From an uncultured Candidatus Saccharibacteria bacterium (GTDB lineage Bacteria; Patescibacteriota; Minisyncoccia; Phycocordibacterales; JACOZG01): a stretch of 64,000 bases of DNA. Shown here piece by piece: positions 40,740-49,799 of the stretch. The translations under genes and the position numbers were made by a program. The DNA is taken from NCBI GenBank assembly GCA_965230925.1, contig OZ246403.1, positions 266,455 to 330,454 on the forward strand, written 5' to 3'. The notes beneath the pieces were generated by a model, which saw nothing but the letters and a program-made list of their open reading frames with translations, had not been told where the DNA came from and ran no database searches. Position 1 is the first letter of the stretch. Each line of letters begins with the position of its first letter.

Positions 40740-40937
40740 TTAGACGCGAGTAACGTTGGTGGCAGCTGGTCCCTTCTCGCCGTCAACGACGTCGAAGGAC
40801 AAAGTATCACCCTCCTTGAGCTCCTCGTAGGTCACACCCTTCAACTCCTTGGAGTGGAAGAAGAGGTCCTTGGCCTCGCCCTCACGAGCAATGAAGCCGA
40901 ATCCTTTCGGGGTCAGAGTTTTGATTGTTCCTGTCAT
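40740..40937 (-). CDS. csp: Cold-shock protein (CspA family)
   Basis: GTIKTLTPKGFGFIAREGEAKDLFFHSKEL: RNP1/RNP2 motifs of the cold-shock domain. Confidence 0.9.
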   Translation of the reverse strand: MTGTIKTLTPKGFGFIAREGEAKDLFFHSKELKGVTYEELKEGDTLSFDVVDGEKGPAATNVTRV

Positions 40938-41037
40938 GTAATTTGTTTGTTTTTTAATTGCTATACCCTAGAAACTCGACTCGGCTTCTGTGCTCTTTGC
41001 ACCCCTAGACTATAGGCTAAAAGCAAGATTTTGGCAA

Positions 41038-42690
41038 TTAATCCAATATCCGCGCCAGACGGATGAGGTCGTAGGGATATTCACCTTTGAAGTGCTCGAA
41101 AATGGGTTTGAGGGCCTGTTTGCCAAGTTTGCGGAAGGCGCGGTGGATCTCGGCGATTAAGTCTTCTTGACCGAGCGCGAGGTGGGCTAAATCGCTCGCC
41201 TTCAACTTCTTTTGCATCCGCAAATCTTCTAAGTGTTTGATGATCGTCCCCCTCGTGAGCTTACTCGCTTTGGCAATTTCGGCAATTTGCTTCCCCTCTT
41301 TCGCCAAGCGCAAAGTTTCTTCAATCCCACCTTTCTTGGTTTCTTTCTTTTTCTTCTCGGCGGTAATACTCCCACCTGAAGCGATAATAAAATTCTGATG
41401 CAAGCTTTTCAGCCGCTCACTATCTAGAGCATCAAATGCCGCCCTCACCTCGCCCGACTGCGCGCGGAATTCACCATCGCGCCCGAGCACCTCCGGATGG
41501 ACCTCCAGCGCTCGCTCATTGAAGCCGAGCAAGTGCAACCCCGAGAGGCTACGCAAACGCGAGAGCGCCACGTAACCCTGACCGTATTCGAAGGCTTGCT
41601 TAAGATCAACTAGCGCCCCGTCGAGCGACATCCCCTGGCTCTTGTGGACCGTAATCGCCCAAGCGAGCCGCAATGGTACTTGGGTCACGCGCGCCAAGAC
41701 CTTCTCACCCACTTGCACGCTCCACTCAAGAGGCTCGGCGACAATCGTTTTCCCTTGCCGCGTCTTCACAACCGGATAATTACTCATCTGTTCGAAGCCA
41801 GTCACTTCGCCCGTTGTCCCGTTCACAAACTTCCGCTCCATGCTATTTTTCGTAAACATCACCTTGGCGCCAACCTTAAGCGACAAGGTTTCTGGCGAGA
41901 GACAGTTGCGCTTCAGGCTCTCCACCATCCCGGGCGCACCACTACCCTTCATCTGGAAGTGACGCGGCGAGGCGCTAATCTTCTCGAGCTCGGCTTCATT
42001 AATCCGATCAACGTCGGCATTGTGGGGAAATAATTTTGTGAGATTCTGATGATCCGCACTCTCGGCCGCCACCACGCGCGTGGTCAGCGCCACGCGATGC
42101 GCCACCGCCAAGCGACCAGCGCGGAGACCGGTGAGCACCGCGAGGAAAGCCGGATCTTCCTGCCGATGTTGCTCGGAGAGATAACACACCATAAACTTCG
42201 CCACCGGCCACACCCTCGCCTCATAAGCAAATTGCGCCCGCTCGCCACCCTTAACCACCGGCGGGAGTTGGAAGAAATCGCCAACGAGAATAACTTGCAA
42301 GTCACCAAAGGGTTCCGTCGAGCCGCGCAATTCTTTACACAAGCGGTCTACTAAGTCGAGCATCCGCGCCGAGAGCATCGAGACTTCGTCGATCACCAAG
42401 ACCTTGGTTTTCCTCACCCTCTTCACCAAGCGCTCATCTTGCGCCAAGCGATCTAGATCATAATCGCTCAATTCTTGCTTTACCCCGAGGCCGCTCCAAG
42501 AGTGAATCGTCATCCCGCCTAAATGGGTCGCGGCAATCCCCGTCGAGGCCGTCACCGCCACTTCTACCCCGCGCTCGCGAAGGTAATTGAGATACTGATT
42601 AATTGTATGCGTTTTCCCACTCCCCGGCTCTCCGGTCAAAAAAACATTCGCTCCCGTTTTGAGAATATTAAGCGCCTCGAGTTGAGTCAT
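41038..42690 (-). CDS. Pif1/RecD-like superfamily 1 DNA helicase with a C-terminal helix-turn-helix domain
   Basis: Walker A (LTGEPGSGKTHT), Walker B (VLVIDEVSM), and VLVGDFFQLPPV. The C-terminal HTH is IAEIAKASKLTRGTIIKHL. Start re-assigned to MTQLEALNIL. Confidence 0.8.
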   Translation of the reverse strand: MTQLEALNILKTGANVFLTGEPGSGKTHTINQYLNYLRERGVEVAVTASTGIAATHLGGMTIHSWSGLGVKQELSDYDLDRLAQDERLVKRVRKTKVLVIDEVSMLSARMLDLVDRLCKELRGSTEPFGDLQVILVGDFFQLPPVVKGGERAQFAYEARVWPVAKFMVCYLSEQHRQEDPAFLAVLTGLRAGRLAVAHRVALTTRVVAAESADHQNLTKLFPHNADVDRINEAELEKISASPRHFQMKGSGAPGMVESLKRNCLSPETLSLKVGAKVMFTKNSMERKFVNGTTGEVTGFEQMSNYPVVKTRQGKTIVAEPLEWSVQVGEKVLARVTQVPLRLAWAITVHKSQGMSLDGALVDLKQAFEYGQGYVALSRLRSLSGLHLLGFNERALEVHPEVLGRDGEFRAQSGEVRAAFDALDSERLKSLHQNFIIASGGSITAEKKKKETKKGGIEETLRLAKEGKQIAEIAKASKLTRGTIIKHLEDLRMQKKLKASDLAHLALGQEDLIAEIHRAFRKLGKQALKPIFEHFKGEYPYDLIRLARILD

Positions 42691-42730
42691 GCGGTTATGG
42701 TAAACTGATCCGAGAAATAAACCAAGATTA

Positions 42731-42958
42731 ATGAAAAAGCGATTCTCACACTGGCTTGCCCGATATTGGGAAGTGGAACAATACAACTTTAAACATCCCT
42801 TTGATCGAAAGTATCCTAAAGGATACGGGCGCCATTTTCTTGCCGGATTACTAATGAGACCGCTTTATCTGATGGTAATCTTTGTTTTTAGTCTAGCCTT
42901 CTTTTTAATCTTCAAACTTCTAACAAAGTTCCTTGTCTGGGTAGATAAGGTGGTTTGA
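42731..42958 (+). CDS. Hypothetical small membrane protein (75 aa)
   Basis: One C-terminal TM helix. The ORF lies at the left edge of the low-GC islet. Confidence 0.3.
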   Translation: MKKRFSHWLARYWEVEQYNFKHPFDRKYPKGYGRHFLAGLLMRPLYLMVIFVFSLAFFLIFKLLTKFLVWVDKVV

Positions 42959-43018
42959 GGTGTCAAAATCCAAACCGATTAGTGGTAAAGTGGTAGTTGA
43001 TTACTCAGTCTGATCCTA

Positions 43019-44044
43019 TTATTCCGCATTGAACAATGTATAATCTCCAAACTCGCTAATAGTGATGTCTCGAGATTTTCTGTGATTTTTATAATCAAAT
43101 CCCTTTATGAGCTTATCTAGTTGAGGTTTGTCTTTCGCCACAAAACACTCATAGCTATGGATAAGTATCAATGAGTTTATATCCCGTACTTGTTTTTTAT
43201 CTAGCTTCATAAAATGTTCCGTCTGGGATTTCATACTCGGTTTTATACAAATGCAAATATCAGGTCTTAGAGGGAAAAATACTGTTGAGTGTGGTGATAA
43301 CAGCCCATTCATTATCTTCGAATGTGATACGGTAAAGCATGGATTATCGGATGTCGCGAAAGAAGTGTCTTTTGGAGCTACGAGAAATAGCCATTGCATT
43401 TCGAAGATCTTCTTTGCCTGGCGTGGTACCTTGAAAACACCTTTCGAGTGACCGGTTTTTGTGAGGCCCACTTTTACATCATCACCGTGTATGGCTTCAA
43501 AAAGCTGTGCGTTTATTTCTTCCTGTGACATGGTACTAATCTTTTCCAATGCCTCCTTTTCATATTTATTATTTGGTGCGTGTTTGAGAATATCCTCTTT
43601 AGACATCTTTACCTTATCCGGAGACGACAGGTCTTTTCTCATGGAATACTTCGTTTTGGAATCAATCAGCTTATTCATCTCCTCTCGATGTTTAGGCGTT
43701 CTTATGTATTGCAAAGCTACATAAAAAGCGATGCAACTACGGTCCATTCCAGATAGTTGTTCTTGTTTAGTAAAGTCAACTTTTCTAATGGCTTCAATGC
43801 CCTTTTTATCAATAGTAGCTGTTACCTCTTCCGGTAGATAGGACTTTTCATTCTCGTCCTCAAGCACATTGAAATCTTTGCACCAAAATAAGGGCGACTT
43901 TGTGTTCGCAGTATCGCACTTACCTTGAGGGATTATAAAAACATTTAGATGGTTTTTAGTTCCAGGTATGTGCCATTGTTCCAGATATTTATCTTGAACA
44001 GTGTGATGTTTTTGCCATGACACATTATTATTGAGTTTTGACAA
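43019..44044 (-). CDS. DUF4238-family protein (candidate anti-phage effector; cf. the Rst_DUF4238 defence family)
   Basis: 341 aa. N-terminal KHHTVQDKYLEQW resembles the HY[VI]PQFYLxxF motif of DUF4238. WLFLVAPKDTSFATSDNPCFTV resembles the conserved [FI]TSDNPV motif. Family membership recalled from memory, not searched. GC of the ORF is about 35%, against about 50% for its neighbours. Confidence 0.65.
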   Translation of the reverse strand: MSKLNNNVSWQKHHTVQDKYLEQWHIPGTKNHLNVFIIPQGKCDTANTKSPLFWCKDFNVLEDENEKSYLPEEVTATIDKKGIEAIRKVDFTKQEQLSGMDRSCIAFYVALQYIRTPKHREEMNKLIDSKTKYSMRKDLSSPDKVKMSKEDILKHAPNNKYEKEALEKISTMSQEEINAQLFEAIHGDDVKVGLTKTGHSKGVFKVPRQAKKIFEMQWLFLVAPKDTSFATSDNPCFTVSHSKIMNGLLSPHSTVFFPLRPDICICIKPSMKSQTEHFMKLDKKQVRDINSLILIHSYECFVAKDKPQLDKLIKGFDYKNHRKSRDITISEFGDYTLFNAE

Positions 44045-44324
44045 TTTTCTTTACTACCGAATCTACAAAAATCCTAAAAGCCAGTCTTTTCTCCTTTTTA
44101 TAAACAATTTTAATTCCTAAAAGATGCCCCCTGGGACAAATAAGCTCTTTACTGGAAACTGAAACTTTAGGTTCAATGATACGATCAATATACATCCGGC
44201 GGAGGTTGCCGGGACCGTCTTTCTGATACAGACAGATCAGAGAGCTACACTTCTCACAATTTATTTTCAGTAAACGTGAATAGACACCTCGATCTTTCCT
44301 AAACTTGTCATTTTTTAATTTCAT
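44028..44324 (-). CDS. Small Cys-rich (zinc-ribbon-like) protein translationally coupled to the DUF4238 gene
   Basis: 99 aa after re-assigning the start to the ATG at 44324. It carries NCEKC...ICLY...ELICPRGH. The 3' end overlaps the DUF4238 start by 17 nt. AT-rich. Confidence 0.45.
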   Translation of the reverse strand: MKLKNDKFRKDRGVYSRLLKINCEKCSSLICLYQKDGPGNLRRMYIDRIIEPKVSVSSKELICPRGHLLGIKIVYKKEKRLAFRIFVDSVVKKIVKTQ

Positions 44325-44375
44325 AAAACCACAAACACAATATATAAACCTGAACCCCGCCTTCGCGGACCGAAG

Positions 44376-44394
44376 ACGGAGAGGGAGGGATTCG
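44376..44394. repeat. 19-bp direct repeat of the 3' end of tRNA-Ser(GGA): att-like integration scar
   Basis: ACGGAGAGGGAGGGATTCG at 44376-44394 is identical to 44519-44537, which is the acceptor/T-arm 3' side of the tRNA. Confidence 0.6.
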
Positions 44395-44519
44395 GTCACG
44401 CGTAATTTTCTGCTGAAAATTCGCTCGACCCCGCCTCGCGCCGTCGCGCTGCGGCTTTCGAATCCGCCACTCACAATGCCAAATTTCACTGCAACTGAAC
44501 ACAGTAAAATTTGTCATTA

Positions 44520-44606
44520 CGGAGAGGGAGGGATTCGAACCCTCGGTACCGTTGCCGATACACAGACTTTCCAGGTCTGCCCATTCGACCGCTCTGGCAC
44601 CTCTCC
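44520..44606 (-). tRNA. tRNA-Ser (anticodon GGA)
   Basis: 87 nt with a long variable arm. Anticodon arm CAGAC-CTGGAAA-GTCTG. T arm GAGGG-TTCGAAT-CCCTC. Confidence 0.85.
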
Positions 44607-44614
44607 AAGTGAAT

Positions 44615-45175
44615 CTAAATTGAACGGTAAACGACCAGGCTAATGATACCGAAGGCAAGCGCTAAGTAAAGAACCCACTGAGCCAAGACCAAAATCAAGG
44701 CCAAGGGTTGAAGCAAATAGGCAATAAGCAAAATGACTCCCACGCACTGGAAAAGCATTTTTATTTTCCCAGACCAATTGGCTTTGATCTCCACCCCTTT
44801 TTTGTTTAACCGAAAGTAAGCCACGAAGATAAGCAGAAGTTCAATTGCTACCATCGCGGCGGCCAACCACCAAGAGAGAAGACGCGAAGCAAGAACAAGC
44901 ACCGTTGAACCAATGAGTAATTTATCGGCGAGTGGATCAAAAAGTTTTCCCCAAGTGGTGATCTGCCGTCTCGTTCTCGCCAAGGCACCATCAAGAACAT
45001 CAGAAAATGCTGCTATGGAAAAAACAACAAGCCCCCAGGAATATTCTCCTTTCCAAAGAAAATAAAACACCACCGGGATCATGAGAAAGCGAAAAGCGGT
45101 TACGAGATTAGGCGTAATGAAACGAGGAAAAAGGCGCAACAAACTTTTATCGAGCAGCCAGTCAACGGCGCGCAT
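44615..45175 (-). CDS. pgsA: CDP-alcohol phosphatidyltransferase (PgsA-like)
   Basis: DVLDGALAR...[10 protein letters not shown] (D-G-x2-A-R...G-x3-D-x3-D motif) and multiple TM helices. Confidence 0.8.
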   Translation of the reverse strand: MRAVDWLLDKSLLRLFPRFITPNLVTAFRFLMIPVVFYFLWKGEYSWGLVVFSIAAFSDVLDGALARTRRQITTWGKLFDPLADKLLIGSTVLVLASRLLSWWLAAAMVAIELLLIFVAYFRLNKKGVEIKANWSGKIKMLFQCVGVILLIAYLLQPLALILVLAQWVLYLALAFGIISLVVYRSI

Positions 45176-45184
45176 CTTTTTATT

Positions 45185-46105
45185 CTATCGCAATTGGCGC
45201 AAAAGTTTAATCCGTTCTTCGATGGGTGGATGGGTAAGGAAGAGGTGATGGAGACCACGCGCGGCGCGGGAGCCGAAGGGGTTCGAGATATAGAGATGGG
45301 CGGTGGCATCAGAGGCGCGAGCGAGCGGGGCGGAGTGCGCGCCAATTTTCTCGAGGGCGGAAGCGAGGCCCTCTGGGTAACGCGTAAGAAGCGCGCCAGA
45401 AGCGTCGGCGAGGTACTCCCGCCGACGCGAGATCGCGAGGCGAATTAAGGTAGAGAAAATTGGCGCGAGGATAATGAGCGCGAGGCCAATAATCGCCAGG
45501 ATTCCCCCGCCTTGACTCGGCGAGGCAGGCCCACCACTGCGATTATTATCACTCCGGCCACGACCGCCGAAAAGGTGTGAACGTAAGAAAATGTCGGAAA
45601 GAATGGCCACGAAGCCCGCGAGAATTACCGCCACGGTTGAAATCAAAATGTCGCGATTGCCGATATGCGCCAGTTCATGCGCGAGCACACCCTCGAGCTC
45701 CGTGCGATTGAGCTGCTCAAGTAGGCCGGTGGTCACGGCCACGGCCGCATGATCCTTGTTGCGCCCCGTGGCGAAAGCATTCGGCGCGGCGTCATTGATA
45801 ACGTAAATCCGCGGCTTGGGTAAGCCCGCTGTAATCGCCAAGTTCTCCACGAGATTATGAAGATCAGGATAGAGTTCATCCGGCGCCGGCTTGGCTCCCG
45901 ACATCGCGAGGGCCACTTTGTCGGAGAACCAATAACCGACCACATTCATCACTAAGCTAATGATCACCGCAACAATAAGGATATCCGCGCTCTGATAGTA
46001 GTAACTCAAGAACCACCCAATCCCCGCGATAAGCGCAAAAAACACGACCATGAGAAGCCATGTTTTCCTCACATTACTCGCCGCTTGAGTGTATAGAGTT
46101 GCCAT
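45185..46105 (-). CDS. htpX: Zinc metalloprotease HtpX (M48)
   Basis: HELAHIGNRD (HExxH) and a TM topology typical of HtpX. Confidence 0.85.
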   Translation of the reverse strand: MATLYTQAASNVRKTWLLMVVFFALIAGIGWFLSYYYQSADILIVAVIISLVMNVVGYWFSDKVALAMSGAKPAPDELYPDLHNLVENLAITAGLPKPRIYVINDAAPNAFATGRNKDHAAVAVTTGLLEQLNRTELEGVLAHELAHIGNRDILISTVAVILAGFVAILSDIFLRSHLFGGRGRSDNNRSGGPASPSQGGGILAIIGLALIILAPIFSTLIRLAISRRREYLADASGALLTRYPEGLASALEKIGAHSAPLARASDATAHLYISNPFGSRAARGLHHLFLTHPPIEERIKLLRQLR

Positions 46106-46115
46106 ATATAGTATG

Positions 46116-46631
46116 CTACTTCACAATACTAAAACTTGAATCACTATCATCGAAATCATATCCGCCAGCTCCCGGACCAGGATACTCAGACGAAATCCTA
46201 ATTTGATAGTTTTCTCCAACAGGAAAATCTTCTGGTATCTCCCATGTGAATGTTCCCTGACTTGGAGGAACCTTATCCTCTTTTGTAACAATACTTCGAG
46301 AAAAATTAACTACCCGACCCGAAAGAGCAACAACAAAAATATCAACATCCCAAGTAGGCCAATTTCCCACATTCCATTTAATTTCGTGGGTTTCTCCAAT
46401 CCTCCATTTTTCTCCGCCATTAGGAGATATGATCTTCAAAGACTCTGGATGAGAATCGGCAGGAGAAACAGTTCCAACTGCTGAGTTAGTTACTTCAGAG
46501 ACATTGTTTGTGTTTGGAGAAATATCTGGTAAACGAGATTGTTTAGACCAAAAGTAGTACCCCAACACAACAAGGACAACGATGATCAATAAAACTACCG
46601 GTCGAGAAAAACCAGATTTTTTATTTTTCAT
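46116..46631 (-). CDS. Hypothetical secreted/TM-anchored protein (171 aa)
   Basis: N-terminal TM with a beta-rich C-terminal domain. GC is lower than in the surrounding genes. Confidence 0.6.
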   Translation of the reverse strand: MKNKKSGFSRPVVLLIIVVLVVLGYYFWSKQSRLPDISPNTNNVSEVTNSAVGTVSPADSHPESLKIISPNGGEKWRIGETHEIKWNVGNWPTWDVDIFVVALSGRVVNFSRSIVTKEDKVPPSQGTFTWEIPEDFPVGENYQIRISSEYPGPGAGGYDFDDSDSSFSIVK

Positions 46632-46640
46632 GTTTTACAA

Positions 46641-47270
46641 TCAGAACTTCACTTCTACCGGATTCTGGGCGGGAGAATTGTCGTCGAGATCAAAGTATTC
46701 CATGGGTTTGAAGCCGAAGGTCCGGCCGACGATATTAGATGGAAAAGATTCGAGCGAGATGGTGAGATCGCGGACATTACCATTGTAGAAACGCCGCGCG
46801 GCCTGAATTTTGTTCTCCGTGTCCGCGAGTTCACGTTGGAGTTCGAGGAAGTTCGTATTGGCCTTGAGATCTGGATACGCTTCCGAAACCGCAAAGAGCG
46901 ACTTAAGCGCACCGGTAAGCATATTCTCCGCTTGAGCATGCGCGGCCGGAGTCGTCGCACCCATGGCGGCACTTCTCGCTTGCGTGACCTTCTCGAAGGC
47001 ACCACTCTCGTGAGCGGCGTAACCCTTCACGGTATTAATCAAATTGGGAATTAAGTCGTATCGGCGCTTGAGCTGGACCTCAATATCCGCCCACGCCTCC
47101 TTGGCACGATTGGCGAGCTGGACAAAACTGTTGTACATCGAGACAAACCAAACCACCAGAACAACAATCAGAATTGGAATGTTTAAACTCCAATTGATCC
47201 AATCGAAAAGACCACTAACCAGAAGCAAGACAATAACGGCCCCAAGAATCAAATTCCAAAAATTAGACAT
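46641..47270 (-). CDS. lemA: LemA family protein
   Basis: N-terminal TM and YPDLKANTNFLELQRELADTENKIQAARRFYN, which fits the LemA pattern. Confidence 0.85.
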   Translation of the reverse strand: MSNFWNLILGAVIVLLLVSGLFDWINWSLNIPILIVVLVVWFVSMYNSFVQLANRAKEAWADIEVQLKRRYDLIPNLINTVKGYAAHESGAFEKVTQARSAAMGATTPAAHAQAENMLTGALKSLFAVSEAYPDLKANTNFLELQRELADTENKIQAARRFYNGNVRDLTISLESFPSNIVGRTFGFKPMEYFDLDDNSPAQNPVEVKF

Positions 47271-47346
47271 AGTTAAAAGTTAATTAACAATATGGTCCTA
47301 GCACTTTCACTATACCACCCACCCCACCAAAAAACCACTTGAAACC

Positions 47347-47748
47347 TTAGTGGCCGCCCAGATTGCTAAACATCCAACCAAAAGTGTAGACATAAAAAGC
47401 GATACTCAAAACCGGCAAAGCAATAGCGAAGAGCCAAAATGACCACCGCGGGGACAGCGAGGGTGACATCCCCGATGCTTTAATAAACCATCGAGAAAAA
47501 ATTCTAAACAAGAGATAAACAGCCAAAGGAATGAATAGGTTGTAGCCGTTGATAACCCGGGTCTGGATATTGAAAAATAATATCACCACAAGAAAAACAA
47601 GATAGGCCGTGGCCACTAAACCAGGGTAAACCTTGACCCCACGGTCTCGCAATCGCCTCGAATCGCGATAAACCCAAATCGCGAGAAGCGGAAAAACCAT
47701 AAACACCGGCAACATCATTTGCTCCAAGTATAAAGCTTGTGACACCAA
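47347..47748 (-). CDS. Hypothetical integral membrane protein (133 aa, 4 TM)
   Basis: Hydrophobicity pattern only. Confidence 0.5.
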   Translation of the reverse strand: MVSQALYLEQMMLPVFMVFPLLAIWVYRDSRRLRDRGVKVYPGLVATAYLVFLVVILFFNIQTRVINGYNLFIPLAVYLLFRIFSRWFIKASGMSPSLSPRWSFWLFAIALPVLSIAFYVYTFGWMFSNLGGH

Positions 47749-47782
47749 AAAACCATCCCGCCGCGGCGGGATGGTTTTTCTT
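47745..47782. terminator. Bidirectional terminator downstream of groEL
   Basis: AAAAAA-CCATCCCGCC-GC-GGCGGGATGG-TTTTT: a perfect palindromic hairpin flanked by A and T tracts. Confidence 0.7.
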
Positions 47783-47787
47783 GAGTC

Positions 47788-49446
47788 TTAGTAGTCCATT
47801 CCCCCGCCCATTCCTCCGGGCATCCCACCAGGCATCGGTTTGTCTTCTTTTGGCTCTTCCGCAATTGCCACTTCGGTCGTGAGAAGAATCGCAGCAGCAG
47901 AAGCAGCGCGCTCGAGGCCGGTGCGAGTCACCTTGACAGGATCAATAATTCCGGCGGCGAACATGTCATCCATGAGTTTATCAGCATTGGCATCGTAACC
48001 CATATTGCCCTTGCCTCGCTTCACTTGATCCACAATCACCGCGCCGTCGTCCTTACCAGCATTCTTGGCAATCTGACCAAGCGGCGCCTCAAGCGCCTTG
48101 AGGAGAATTTTCACCCCGGTTTCAAATTCATCTTTAATATCTTCCGAGTCGGGCGTGATCTTCTTATTGGCCACCTTAGCACCCGCGCGCACGAGCGCCG
48201 CGCCGCCACCAATCACAATTCCCTCCTCGATCGCGGCCTTGGTCGCCTCCACCGCGTCTTCAATCTTTAACTTTTTATACTTCATCTCGCTCTCGGTCGC
48301 GGCACCCACTTTAATCACCGCTACGCCGCCCGAGAGTTTACCCAAGCGCTCGCGCAACTTCTCTTTGTCATAAGAAAAATCAGCAAGTTCAATCTGCTTC
48401 TTAATCTGCGCGACGCGAGCGTCGAGATCCGCTTTCTTCCCCTTCCCGCCCACAATGGTCGTTGCTTCTTTGGTGGCCACAATCTTCCGGGCGCGACCAA
48501 GCATCGGGATATCCACGCCATCCAACTTAAGACCCACTTCTTCTGAAATCACTTTCCCGCCCGTGAGAATCGCAATATCCTCGAGCATCTCTTTCTTCCG
48601 GTCGCCATAACCCGGCGCTTTAATCGCGAGCGTGTGGAAAATTCCGCGGAGCTTATTCACGACTAAAGTCGCCATCGCCTCGCCGTCCACATCTTCAGCA
48701 ATAATCACCAGTTCCTTCTTCCCGCTCTGCGCCAGCTTCTCAAGCACCGGTAAAATATCTTTGATCGACGAAATCTTTTTATCAGTAAGTAAAATAAATG
48801 GATCAGAATATTCGGCTTCCATCCGATCAGCATCCGTAATCATATAGGGCGACACATAACCCTTATCAAATTGCATTCCTTCTACCAGTTCACTCTCGAC
48901 TGTAAATGACTGCGACTCCTCCACCGTCACCACGCCGTCTTTACCCACTTTATCAATTGCATCCGCAATAATCTCACCAAATTCTTCACTCTCCGCTGAG
49001 ATTGTAGCCACCTGCTTGGTCTCTTGTTTATTCTTCACGGGCTTGGCCATCGCCTTAAGTTCGCGCACCACCTCGGCCGCCGCGGCCTCAATGCCGAGTC
49101 GCACACCCATGGCGTTCACCCCGAGCGCGGTCTTCTTAAGCCCTTCTTCCATCAAGGCTTGCGTGAGCACCACGGCGGTGGTCGTGCCATCGCCCGCGAT
49201 ATCATTCGTCTTCGACGCCACATCCTTAATCATCTCGGCGCCCATGTTCTCAATTTTATCCTTAAGACTAATTTCCTTCGCAATCGTCACACCGTCATTG
49301 GTAATCGTCGGCGCGCCGTAACCCTTATCAATCACCACATTGCGCCCCTTCGGACCAATGGTAATCTTCACGGCATTGGCCGCGTGATCGATACCGGCCT
49401 TCAACTTCGCCCGCGCTTCTCCACCAAAAATAATTTGTTTACTCAT
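47788..49446 (-). CDS. groL: Chaperonin GroEL
   Basis: 552 aa with a GGM-repeat C-terminus (GGMPGGMGGGMDY). Confidence 0.95.
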   Translation of the reverse strand: MSKQIIFGGEARAKLKAGIDHAANAVKITIGPKGRNVVIDKGYGAPTITNDGVTIAKEISLKDKIENMGAEMIKDVASKTNDIAGDGTTTAVVLTQALMEEGLKKTALGVNAMGVRLGIEAAAAEVVRELKAMAKPVKNKQETKQVATISAESEEFGEIIADAIDKVGKDGVVTVEESQSFTVESELVEGMQFDKGYVSPYMITDADRMEAEYSDPFILLTDKKISSIKDILPVLEKLAQSGKKELVIIAEDVDGEAMATLVVNKLRGIFHTLAIKAPGYGDRKKEMLEDIAILTGGKVISEEVGLKLDGVDIPMLGRARKIVATKEATTIVGGKGKKADLDARVAQIKKQIELADFSYDKEKLRERLGKLSGGVAVIKVGAATESEMKYKKLKIEDAVEATKAAIEEGIVIGGGAALVRAGAKVANKKITPDSEDIKDEFETGVKILLKALEAPLGQIAKNAGKDDGAVIVDQVKRGKGNMGYDANADKLMDDMFAAGIIDPVKVTRTGLERAASAAAILLTTEVAIAEEPKEDKPMPGGMPGGMGGGMDY

Positions 49447-49452
49447 AGTTGC

Positions 49453-49761
49453 TTAATCAATTATTGCCAAAATATTACTCTCACCGACGATAAAATATTC
49501 TTTATCGCCAATTTTCACCTCATCCTTACTGTATTTTGAAAAAATCACTTTCTGCCCTTTCTTCACCGAGAGCGGAATGAGTTTGCCATCATCATTGCGC
49601 TTGCCGTCGCCCACCGCCACAATCGTCCCCTGCTCACTCCGCTCGCGATCGACGGTGTCGGGAATAATAATCCCGCTCTTGGTCTTGGTACCGGCGTTTT
49701 TCTCATCGCTCGGTTCCACCAGCACCCGATCACCCAATGGTTTGATGTTTATTTTACTCAT
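49453..49761 (-). CDS. groS: Co-chaperonin GroES
   Basis: MSKINIKPLGDRVLVEP... Confidence 0.9.
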   Translation of the reverse strand: MSKINIKPLGDRVLVEPSDEKNAGTKTKSGIIIPDTVDRERSEQGTIVAVGDGKRNDDGKLIPLSVKKGQKVIFSKYSKDEVKIGDKEYFIVGESNILAIID

Positions 49762-49771
49762 AGTGCCACGG

Positions 49772-49799
49772 ATTATAGAGATATATGGAAGAGAGTCAA
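49772..49799 (-). promoter_or_regulatory. Consensus sigma70 promoter of groESL (TTGACT-16-TATAAT), only 10 nt from the ATG
   Basis: Minus-strand reading: cTTGACTctcttccatatatctcTATAATccgtggcactATG. Confidence 0.5.

Noticed and set aside
44418-44480. Possible tRNA 3'-half remnant (GCGGCTTTCGAATCCGCC…CCA) between the att repeats
   Set aside because: The T-arm-like stem is imperfect and no acceptor pairing partner is present. It is mentioned only as possible debris of an older integration.
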